Position numbers and translations under genes: made by a program. Positions 1 through 10,782 of a stretch of 64,000 bases of DNA are shown one piece after another (within the stretch, counting starts at the first letter, position 1; each line of letters begins with the position of its first letter). The notes beneath the pieces are model-generated. The model was given only the letters and a program-made list of their open reading frames with translations, did no database searches and had not been told where the DNA came from. Location: NCBI GenBank assembly GCA_907165135.1, contig OU015566.1, positions 12,896,001 through 12,960,000 on the forward strand. Reading direction: 5' to 3'. The DNA comes from Oikopleura dioica (lineage: Eukaryota > Animalia > Chordata).

Positions 1-40
1 AGGCAAGCTTTGTTATTTGAACTCATTTTTGAACGTTTAG

Positions 41-661
41 TTTAGCTGGACAGAAGACTTACACCTTCTGTGGTACTCCTGAATACATCCCTCCAGAGAT
101 TGTCTCCAACTCCGGCCACACCATTGCTGCTGATTACTGGTCCCTTGGAATTCTTGTTTTTGAGCTCTTGTCTAAGAAGACTCCATTCGCCGGTAAGAAA
201 ACTTGAATCTTAGGCTTGTCTAAAATTTATTTAAGCGCGGGCGGATTTGGAAATTTACGAAGGAATTATGAGAGGCATTCATAACGTTGCCTTCCCACAG
301 CATAGAGTTACTCGAAAGGCTGAAAGCATGATCAAGGTCAGGATTACTTATTGAAAGTTGTTTTTGACCGATTTCTAGGCCCTGTGCAGGCAAGAACCCT
401 CAGAGCGACTTGGATACCAAAAAGGTGGCGTCGATGATATCCGTAAACACCGATGGTTCCAGGTAAAATTGACGCAGCCTTATCTTCTTTGACCCTTCAA
501 TTTAGGGTTTCGATTGGGAAGGTCTTCAGCAAGAGAAGATCGAAGCTCCATTTATCCCCGCCATCAAGAATCCCTTCGACGTCCAAAACTTCGAGCCCAT
601 TCCTGACGAGGATTGGAACCGTGTGCCAGCTGACAACTCCGGATGGGACGCTGATTTTTAA
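41..661 (+). CDS. PRKG1: cGMP-dependent protein kinase (PKG), 3' part; exons ~41-192, 236-336, 379-462, 506-661; 5' end lies outside the window
   Basis: Spliced translation [16 protein letters not shown]...[13 protein letters not shown]...[34 protein letters not shown]...DNSGWDADF*. The tail matches the PKG C-terminal DNSGWDxDF motif. Introns are 43-44 nt GT-AG, and a GC-AG intron probably occupies 3-40. Confidence 0.88.
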
Positions 662-1875
662 AGACCACTGTTATCTTTTAATTGTATTTGCTGCGCAGGG
701 AGTTTTTATTATTTACTCTTATCTTCACAGTTGTACAGAACATTCCAATAAAGTTAAACTTGTAAGGCATTTCTGAAATTATGAATATTTTGTAACGCTA
801 AAATACTTAACCGCAAAATGACAACGCTTTTAATTTAAAAAGTGGTAAAAATCAAACGATATCATTTTTTATAAAGACTCTTTATTAAAGAGTACCATTA
901 TCGAGGAAAATCAGATAAATTTTTAAATCATCAATTCTCACATTGATCATTGATATTAAATGATGATGAAGAAGGTGTTTAAACCTTCCATCTAGCTGCA
1001 AATCATCAATTATGAAGCATTCAAGTGAATATAATCCGCCGAAAAGCTAAAGTTAATCAAATAAGTGTTACTGAAAATGTTATTGTCTCTTTTATCATCA
1101 ATTTTTGTTCCATCTTTGGCGCTTTATCGGACAAAAGGAAGGTTTTCAACCAAAATTACTAGTAAATCTTACTCTATTTTGATAAGACATTGCTTGAACC
1201 TGTAAAGCTTTCGATGCTCTTATTCATCCGCAGTTCGGAGGACCAAACATTGACCCACAAGGGTACAAACTCGAAGGAGAGTTCAATAATTTTCAAGTTT
1301 AGTAATTCACAAGTGACCTCTTTCTAAATTTCTATAATTATTTTCATCTGTACGATATGAATATCTCACCAGATCAAAATAACCAGAAATGGATCGTCTA
1401 CAAAAGAAGTTTCACCTACCCAAGCGCTGCCTTGATGTACAATGGCTAAAAAGATACTGAAATAAAAACGCATCTTTCTAATTTTCTGAGTCAGACGAGT
1501 CCAAGAAATCGCAAAGTTCACGGCCTAAACTCATCCCAAAATCGTTTACTGAATCAGTTCCGGCTAAGTCAACCTTTAGCGCTCAAGCAGGAAATAGGCG
1601 GCTTATTGAATTATATCAAAATGCAAGAGAGGTAACGTAATTTAGAAAATTTGTGGTTTATTAGAGCATCCGGAATGGCGCACTAAGTTAGTTTATGAAA
1701 ATGTGAGCTGAATAATTGGCGGTAAATATCGTTTGTGATATAAAGGCGCGCTCGGTTGAGATTGCAGTAGAGCGTGATGGCGATCCACGAGAGTGGCCGG
1801 TATGGGAAGTTTCTTTTCCTCGCAGGAACCGTGATCTATTTTGACAGGTATTGAACAGAGAGGTTTATTGAAATC

Positions 1876-4800
1876 ACGGCACAGGCTTGCTCATACTCTC
1901 GTCGGTAGCAGCACAGGAAGTAGACCCACCGCAACTGCTCGATGCGCGGTCTTTCCGGTCCAATGCGGACAGGATACAGGCCATTCTGCAGTTCCATGTA
2001 AGTAAACACCTTTGATTCTGGTCGCTCATTTTTAGCTCAATTTTGAATACGGCTTTGGCGCGTATTCCGCTGCCGATCTCCTCAATTATGGATGTTGGTG
2101 CGATTTGGACAACCCTCATCGCCATGGCAAACCGGTCGATGATGTGGACAAGCTGTGTCACAAGCACTTTCGGTGCCATCGTTGTGTTTCGATGGACTCA
2201 AACTACGCCTGTTCTCCTGATGTGCAGTACGAGCTGACGTTTGATACATCGACACAGTCTCATTACTGCGCTGCGTCAAATACTGACCCGTGCGAGATGG
2301 AGGCGTGCCTTTGTGACTTGGATCTTATCACGCAAATGGTGCAGGAAGCTCCAACTTACGATTCTTACCAGGTTCTTGACGGGTACAACTACCCTGTCTG
2401 TGAATCCCCTGATTCGCCATCATTCCCAGTCGACAGCTGTTGCGGCGAGTATCCAGAGCGATATCCTTTTTCTCAAGTTTCTGGAAAAGGCTGCTGCAAC
2501 AACAAAGTCTACAATACAAACATGTTCCAGTGTTGCGATGGAATGGACATCGAGCCAATTGGAACTTGCTCCGTTGACCCATGTTTTCCGGATCCTTGTG
2601 CAAACGGAGTCTGTGTTCCCGTCAATACTGCGCGCAACTTCGACAACTTTCAGTGCAACTGCGAGACAGGCTGGACTGGTGAGCTCTGTGATCAGCCGAC
2701 TTGTGATCACCTGGACTGTTCCAGCAACGGTGCTCCTTACTGGAATGGCGACGGATGCATCTGTCACTGTGACGAAGGATTCACTGGCAGCAATTGCGAA
2801 GAAGGAGTGTGCGATGACTGGCCCTGCCTATTTGAAGGCGAGGCACAGTATCTTCCGGACGGCAGTTGCGGTTGCGTATGCCAAGATGGTTTTAGTGGCG
2901 ACGTGTGTCAAATCACTCAGTGCACTTCAGATCCGTGTCAAAATGGAGGAAGCTGCTCACTCACGCAAGCTACGTATATGTGCACTTGCGTAGCACCTTT
3001 CGCGGGGGTGAATTGTGAGATAAGCCCCTGTGAGCCAAGTCCTTGTGAAAATGGGGGCGAATGCTCTTTGAATTCCAATGGATATGTCTGTACGTGCCCT
3101 GAAACGCATACTGGCGAACACTGCGAACAAGAAATCACAACTACGACTACAACCACGACAACTACCACTACCACAACAACTACCACTACTACTACAATAA
3201 CAACTACCACTACCACAACATCTACAACAACAACTACAACAACAACTACAACAACGACAACAACAACGACAACAACAACAACTACAACAACAACTACGAC
3301 AACAACTACAACAACAACCACTACAACTACCACGACAACAACAACTACAACAACAACTACAACAACAACTACAACAACCACTACAACAACAACTACAACA
3401 ACAACTACAACAACAACTACAACAACAACTACAACAACAACTACAACAACAACTACAACAACAACTACAACAACAACTACAACAACAACTACAACAACTA
3501 CCACTACAACTACAACCACTACAGCAACAACTACTACTTCTACCACAACAACGACAACTACGACCTCCACAACAACTACAACAACGACGACTACAACTCC
3601 AAACCCATGCGATCCTAATCCATGTCTGAACTCAGGAATTCCGATTATAAACGGTGGAAGTTGTACCTGTATTTGTATGCCTGGATATGATGGAGATGTT
3701 TGCCAAATTACTCCATGCACTTCGAATCCCTGCTTTAACAATGGAACATGTAGTGTGGACGAGTCGACATATCTTTGTAGTTGTCCGCCTGGCTTCAGCG
3801 GCGAAGAATGCCAAGTCACGCCTTGTACTCCAGAGCCTTGTTTGAATAACGGTACATGTGCTGTGGACGGATCGACGTATCAATGCAGCTGTCCGCCTGG
3901 CTTCAGCGGCGAAGAATGCCAAGTCACGCCTTGTACTCCAGAGCCTTGTTTGAATAACGGTACATGTGCTGTGGACGGATCTACGTATCAATGCAGCTGT
4001 CCGCCTGGCTTCAGCGGCGAAGAATGCCAAGTCACGCCTTGTACTCCAGAACCTTGCTTGAATAACGGTACATGTACTGTGGACGGATCGGCGTATCAAT
4101 GCAGCTGTCCGCCTGGCTTTAGCGGCGAAGAATGCCAAGTCACCCCTTGTACTCCAGAGCCTTGCTTGAATAGCGGCACATGTACTGTAGACGGATCTAC
4201 GTATCAATGCAGCTGTCCGCCTGGCTTCAGCGGCGAAGAATGCCAAGTCACCCCTTGTACTCCAGAGCCTTGCTTGAATAACGGTACATGTACTGTAGAC
4301 GGATCGACGTATCAATGCAGCTGTCCGCCTGGCTTTAGCGGCGAAGAATGCCAAGTCACCCCTTGTACTCCAGAGCCTTGCTTGAATAGCGGCACATGTA
4401 CTGTAGACGGATCTACGTATCAATGCAGCTGTCCGCCTGGCTTCAGCGGCGAAGAATGCCAAGTCACCCCTTGTACTCCAGAGCCTTGCTTGAATAACGG
4501 TACATGTACTGTAGACGGATCGACGTATCAATGCAGCTGTCCGCCTGGCTTTAGCGGCGAAGAATGCCAAGTCACCCCTTGTACTCCAGAGCCTTGCTTG
4601 AATAGCGGCACATGTACTGTAGACGGATCTACGTATCAATGCAGCTGTCCGCCTGGCTTCAGCGGCGAAGAATGCCAAGTCACCCCTTGTACTCCAGAGC
4701 CTTGCTTGAATAACGGTACATGTACTGTAGACGGATCGACGTATCAATGCAGCTGTCCGCCTGGCTTTAGCGGCGAAGAATGCCAAGTCACGCCTTGTAC

Positions 4801-6802
4801 TCCAGAGCCTTGCTTGAATAATGGTACATGTGCTGTTGATGCATCTTCATATACCTGCACATGCCCGCCCGGCTACTCAGGAAGTGACTGCGAGATTACT
4901 CCCTGTACGCCTCTTCCTTGTCAGAACAATGGGACTTGCTCAGAAGATGCTGATTCTTACGTCTGTACCTGTCCGCCCGGCTACTCAGGAACTGATTGCG
5001 AGATAACACCCTGTACGTCTCTTCCATGCCAGAATAATGGAACTTGCTCAGAAGATGCTGATTCTTACGTCTGTACTTGTCCGCCCGGCTACTCAGGAAC
5101 TGACTGCGAGATTACTCCCTGTACGCCTCTTCCATGTCAGAACAATGGAACTTGCTCAGAAGATGCTGATTCTTACGTCTGTACCTGTCCGCCCGGCTAC
5201 TCAGGAACTGACTGCGAGATAACACCCTGTACGCCTCTTCCTTGTCAAAACAATGGGACTTGCTCAGAAGTTGCTGACTCTTACGTCTGTACCTGCCCTC
5301 CCGGCTACTCAGGAACTGACTGCGAGATAACACCTTGTACGTCTCTTCCATGCCAGAATAATGGAACTTGCTCAGAAGATGCTGATTCTTACGTCTGTAC
5401 TTGTCCGCCCGGCTACTCAGGAACTGACTGCGAGATAACACCCTGTACGTCTCTTCCATGCCAGAATAATGGAACTTGTGCTATTGATGGAGCTTCTTAC
5501 ACGTGCACATGCCCAGCTGGATACACTGGTGCCAACTGCGAAGAAGATCCCTGTTTTAGCGAACCTTGCTTTGGCAATTCAACCTGCAATGTCGTCGGCT
5601 CATCGTATCAGTGTGACTGCCCGATCGACTATTCTGGAATTCATTGCGAGATCTGGCAGTGCTCGACATTGATCTGCTTAAACAATGGAACTGCAACATA
5701 CAACAACACAAATGATGGATGCGAGTGCGAATGCATCTCCGAAGAAACTCCAGAAGGCAATTTTACTTATGTCGGTGACCACTGCGAGTATCGCTTCCCA
5801 GGAGTTTGTATTCCCTCGCCATGCGGCAATGGAACGTGCGTCGAGCTAACTCAAACTTTACACGATTGCGCCTGTGACTTCGGCTACCAGGGCGAAAACT
5901 GTGACCAAGTGTGCAATACAACAATCTCCGGCAGATTGGACATTTCGATTGTTATTGACACCTCTGGCTCGCTGACATCGGCACCGAATAAAGATCAAGT
6001 GCTCATGAACTTTACAAATAATCTCGCCAACATGTACGATACTGTCAATCAAGTAAGATGCTCATTATCTATCGTTTATTATTTTGAATCTAGGTCAAAA
6101 TTGGCTTGACAAGCTTTTCCGAATCAGCAGTCCTGGAAATGCCATTGGATTTCTACAATCAATTAGAGCTTCAAGATGGTGTTTCAAATATGAGTAAGCC
6201 ATAACCTGAAAACCATTTACTAACCTTATCTAGCTTGGCAAGGAAGCTTTACGAACATCACTTCAGGAGTAGAAACAGCCTTCAACGACATGGATACGAC
6301 AGATTCTGTTGACGATGTATTCATTATTCAGCTTCAATGTTTATCGATTTTCTAGGTGATGATTTTGATCACAGATGGATTCCAGTCGACAAACACAACG
6401 GCAATGTTTCAATTGATAGATCAGGTAAAAGCATCAGGGGTTCGACTGATCGCGCTTGGTTTTTTCGGCGATTTCGCGTTCTACTCACCGAATCTGTACT
6501 TGATGACGAACGAAGTCTATCACGCAGCCAACTATGCGGAACTATTGGCAATTGACAACACGATCTTTGAGACCATTTGCTCTGATGGTGTCATCCCCAA
6601 TGGTGTAGCCGCTGGCGAGAGTGCTAGTGACTTTGAAAAGACCGTAAGAAGAATAGTTTGATTTCGATTTGCTTATTTCTAATATTAGTTTACGGATGTC
6701 AACGCTACCGAAGTTTTCATGATGCAAGCAGCTCATGACTTTTTCGATTTGAACGGTGATTTTCCATCGTGGATCCAGAGCATTGTCCCTGGATTGAGCT
6801 AG
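1876..6802 (+). CDS. Large secreted modular protein: signal-like N-terminus, PLA2-like domain, CC-rich module, ~26 EGF domains, poly-Thr mucin stalk, C-terminal vWA domain (candidate extracellular matrix/house protein)
   Basis: Exon 2036-6052 contains ORF 2105-6109 and reads YGCWC..GKPVDDVDKLCHKHFRC (PLA2-like), then EGF repeats and LDISIVIDTSGS (vWA MIDAS DxSxS). Downstream short exons give VMILITDG and end at TAG 6800-6802. An upstream exon reads LLILSSVAAQE...QAILQFH. The exact start codon is not resolved. Confidence 0.85.
3137..3598 (+). repeat. ACN trinucleotide repeat encoding ~150 nearly pure Thr residues (mucin-like stalk)
   Basis: Continuous ACA/ACT/ACC/ACG codons in frame with ORF 2105-6109, with only a few Ser, Ile or Ala interruptions. 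Confidence 0.95.
3707..5542 (+). repeat. Coding tandem array of 17 x 108-bp units, each encoding one 36-aa EGF domain (A-type 3815-4786, B-type 4895-5434, hybrid units at the borders)
   Basis: Unit starts at 3707, 3815, 3923 ... 5435 (period 108). A = VTPCTPEPCLNNGTCxVDGSTYQCSCPPGFSGEECQ; B = ITPCTxLPCQNNGTCSEDADSYVCTCPPGYSGTDCE. Confidence 0.95.
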
Positions 6803-7029
6803 TCAACAGCTAGTCGACTGGTAAGAAAGATGATTCCGAAGCTGCCTGACCAACAGATTCTTTTCATCTCTCTTACCTACCACTTCATTTCTTCGATCCG
6901 GCCCGCGCATTGTGGCTGGACTGCGAACCCTGCCTGTAAAAACAATTTCACTTGTATTCTTCCGTATCTGCGCCCAGATATTCGTTTTTTGTACAGTTTG
7001 CTAGTTTATTTATTCATTCATTTCGCCAA

Positions 7030-7925
7030 TTTCTGTATATTAATGCCTTTTATACTTTTCTTTTTTCATCGTCGCTTCCAAGATCAGCTTCATCGTGACC
7101 TTTTTTCGTTCCCAAAATTAATAAAAAATTCGATTGACCACCGAATACCGGTATAATCGTCATTTATTCCGGATTCTATGCATCTTTCTTTTCATCGAAA
7201 GAGGCGGCGGGAGAAGTTGTTGTTGTCTTGTGCGTCAACGAGGCGCAATTCTCGAACAGTTTCGAGCGGAGGTGGCCTTTCTCGAAGAAAAATTGAGGAG
7301 GTGGCTAACAGACCAACCAGCTGCTCAGATACGCTTGTCACGTGCTGATCCAGGTATAAATAGCCCTGACCCAGCCAGAAAAGCTCATTATTAAAAAAAA
7401 ATAAATCGAGAGAAGGAGCAAATAGAGAATAAAGAGGGTAATATAATTCATAACTATGAATTTTTAAACAAAATTCTAAGAGTTATCCTGAATGGGGATC
7501 GAGACCGTGGGCGAGATGGAGGTGCCAAAAGACAAGCTCTATGGCTGCCAGACCGCGCGATCGATGAAAAATTTCCCCATTGGCGGCGAGGCTGATAAGA
7601 TGCCCCGACAAATCATCCAGGTAATTTTTAATAAAACTTTACTTATTCTAACCCCGTCATTAGGCTTTTGGCTCTCGGACAGGATTTCTCTGTATACGTC
7701 AAGCAGCTCGACAACGGAATTGCTACTCTTCCGCGAGTCTACGAACTTGCCATCGGTGGTGCCTACTGTCCAAAATAATATCCACTTCTGTACCATGCCT
7801 TTTTACTATCCTTTTTCATCGTCGCTTCCAAGATCAGCTATATTGTGACCTTTTTCCGTTTTCAATAATTAATAAAAAAATTTCTTTGACCACCGAATAT
7901 TAACGTCATTTATTACGGATTCTCG
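7030..7925. repeat. Imperfect ~120-150-bp direct duplication (~7030-7190 and ~7780-7925)
   Basis: Both copies share tttcatcgtcgcttccaagatcagct...gtgacctttt...aattaataaaaaa...ttgaccaccgaata...cgtcatttatt.cggattct. Confidence 0.8.
7492..7680 (+). pseudogene. FH: Isolated 5' fragment of fumarate hydratase (class II fumarase), with one intron retained
   Basis: GEMEVPKDKLYGCQTARSMKNFPIGGEADKMPRQIIQ, intron gtaatt..cattag (7621-7664), then AFG. This matches the fumarase N-terminus GELKVP.DKYYGAQT.RS..NFKIGG..ERMP..VIKAFG. Similarity stops immediately afterwards. Confidence 0.8.
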
Positions 7926-7972
7926 CAGGATCAAAAAGGCAGGATGTTTAATTATACTTAGCGCAGAATTTT

Positions 7973-9360
7973 TCAGCCTGAAGCAGAGTCTTGCGGCAGT
8001 TTCGTCGCCACCAAACAGTGACGGATCGTCCGTCGTGGCAGGTTACCGTGTATTCTAGGGAAAAATAAGGTGTTTGAAACCATATAAAATCTCATACTGC
8101 TCGCTCCTGCACATTCCATGCTTCCGATTCTCTCGTAATGCTTCTCTGTCTCTGCATTTGGCTCGCAAGTTCTCAAGCACTTCGTGTCAGTCCTCTTAGC
8201 TGGAGCTTTTGGCTTCTTGTAAGATGATGAAGGTTCACGGTGGTAAGTAATTCTCAAGTCGTTCTTCTGAGTCGCCCAAGCTGGAAAGCTTGGTCGAGCA
8301 AGAGGGCCAACTCCGAAATTGAGCAGACTGCTCATTCGATCGGCGAAGGGAAGACCACGAGAAGCGCCAAATCTAGCAAGACCACTGTCCGCATTGTAAC
8401 TTTTGTAAGCTTCTGACCACTGTCTCTTCACAGTTTCAAAATCAGAGCCAAACGTTTTGCTAAAAGTTTGCTCGAGTGGCTTGTATTGACGTTTCATAGG
8501 GTCTGATTTCCGGTTTGATGATCCAGCGTTGCACATTCCCTTTTTTCAGTTTTTTTTCTGTATGATACATTAAGTTCCCTTTCTTATAAATTAAAACTAT
8601 CCTTAGCTTTTCTTTTCAGCGTTTTGGCAAGTTTTTTTGTCTTCGGACATTTTCGTTTCATTTTTATAGTGAATTTCGGCTCTCCCTTTCTCTGGTATAA
8701 GCCATCTTCAAGAGGGTTTTATTGCGATTGATTTTTGTTTAAAAATTTTAGGCTTTTCGGAGACTAAAAATGCTAAAGCAAAGTATTTTAAAACCCGTAG
8801 CATTAGTCAAATCGCAAAAGAAGATAATCTTTCCGTACTCTTCTTTGTAGTCTGCTCCCTCTCCGAGAATAGCGAGAATATAATCAGGGATTTTACACTG
8901 TCTTGGTGGCTTAGTTGGCGGTGGAGGTGGCTGGCATGTTTGTCCATTGGCTTTCAGTGTAGCGATGTATTGTTGAGAAAGTTGGATGACAGTGTCTTTA
9001 TCGGCACAGTCGGACTAGAGAGAAATTTTAATGAAGGAGTTTAGGAGTGAAAACTTACAGATTTTGCGGCCACTTTGACATTATTTTCGCTCTCGATAAC
9101 GTATCCATTTTTCTCTGTTTCGCAGTAGAACTTGAACCTTGCTTCGTCATCAGAGTTTTCGCAAGCGACTTTGAGATCTTCTGTTGCTCCAATATTGTGT
9201 TTTGCGCCGGTGAGGACACTGAGCATCAACGAAGTACATTGCGCACAGGGGTCGATTTTTGGTGCTTCCGTTGTTGTTGTCTCTTTGGTTGGAGTTTCTT
9301 AATTCAGTTAGCTCTCTAATGTCGCATTCGATGAATGCTATAAAAATGATTGCCAAGATT
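7973..9360 (-). CDS. Multi-exon gene of unknown function with a Thr/Pro-rich linker and Cys-containing modules
   Basis: Spliceable exons give ETPTKETTTTEAPKIDPCAQC...ARFKFYCETEK...| SDCADKDT...TCQPPPPPTKPPRQCKIPDYIL...IIFFCD, plus ORF 7973-8536. No family recognised. Confidence 0.45.
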
Positions 9361-10782
9361 TCTCCGGCGAAATAGAGCTAAAAAGTCTCAACCTCGCCAT
9401 CGAAATTCAAATAGTAAATGAGTCTCTTCTACTCTTTCTGATAGAAAGAAAAAAACAGACTGAGCTCGCACGGCTTTGCAGCATAACTTAAATGTGAAAC
9501 AAGATCTTTCTAGGATTACAAACGCATCGGGGAGGATAATATTTGCGACATTCCGTAGTAGCGCGCAAGATAAACTCAGTGTCAAGTTAAAATAATGACT
9601 TTTTGAGGAATGAGTTCGAGGGATTACGAAAAGCAGCTTCCACTTCTTACTCTCACAGAAAAGTTCAGTCAAGGAAATTTTGTTAAAGAAAAGCAATGCA
9701 CCCTAATCTGACAGCGTAATGAAGAACCTGCTCTTTAAATCTTCTGCGAATAAAGGACAAGAAGAAAAATACGAAAACTATGATTTCGTAGATTATGAGT
9801 GTTTTTAAATGTTTAAATTGTATTTTATTCTTTTTTATTCAGGGGAGCAAACGGGATAGGCGGGCGGGTTAGTCGGACGAATGTTTTGTTTTTTAATAAT
9901 TTTAGACAATTGAGACGATATTTGTTGGGTAGGCCGTTGGTCGGACCAAGCGTAGTGTTTGTGAGCGTGTGATTGCTTGTACAGAGCGCTGGTTGGTCAA
10001 TGTACAAAGCGAGCGCGCCACCTAGCAAGCACACACGGCGAAGCGGGCAGCTCGTGTGGTAGGCGACCTCGTGTGTTCATAAAAATCAATTAGACAATGG
10101 TCGGAATGGCTAAACGAGAGTTTTTCAGCTGCCAAGCTGGAATGATTAGTAGTCCACTTTTTAAAAACTAATTTAGGACGTGTTTTTTATAATTTTGCTA
10201 TTTTTAATAAGCGTGTCCGCACCCACACAGACGCCGTGTCCAGATTTTGTTTTTCTGTTTTATTTTTTGTGAGACGTTTAGGGCACACAGGGCAGGTAGG
10301 CAAGCAGAAAGTCGCCGTCTTTTAGGAGGAATCCGTCTTCTCCAATGTAAGGCTTTTGACAATAAGCGGGGTTGAAACTGAGGCGACGATGGAAAGGTTT
10401 CTGTTTGGGAAAAAGGCTTTGCACCGTTGCCAGGATAAGAAACTAAAGCAGACTTGGGGTTTTGGGAGAAGATGTGCTAAAAGACGGGGCGGGAACTTTC
10501 CGGCAGGTTCGAACCTAAATGTGCTGAACTTCGAACGTTCGGAAGAGGGTACAGGCCGAAGCACGGAAGGAGAGAGTTTTTAAGTACTATCAGAGAGAGA
10601 GGGAGAGTAGTAAAGAGCAACTAGAAAGCAGGGACTTGTTCGTTCCCAAGCGTTTACTCAAGTTGTGGTTTTATATCATTACTTGTTAAAGTTAATTTTT
10701 ATGTTTTTGATGACTTCGGCATGTTAAAAAGAGGTAAATGAGGTCACGGGGTCAATAGGGCCGCAATCCATGAGAAGAGAGG

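Noticed and set aside
700-1850. Possible small gene (signal-peptide-like MLLSLLSSIFVPSLA at ~1077 and exon-like pieces)
   Set aside because: I could not build a consistent open spliced frame or recognise any homology.
2938-4786. Long minus-strand ORFs (poly-Val 2938-3819; repetitive 3632-4786)
   Set aside because: They are antisense shadows of the poly-Thr and EGF repeats of the + strand gene.
3707-5542. Regular repeat array as a possible CRISPR or satellite
   Set aside because: There are no unique spacers, the units are in-frame EGF coding sequence, and the context is eukaryotic.
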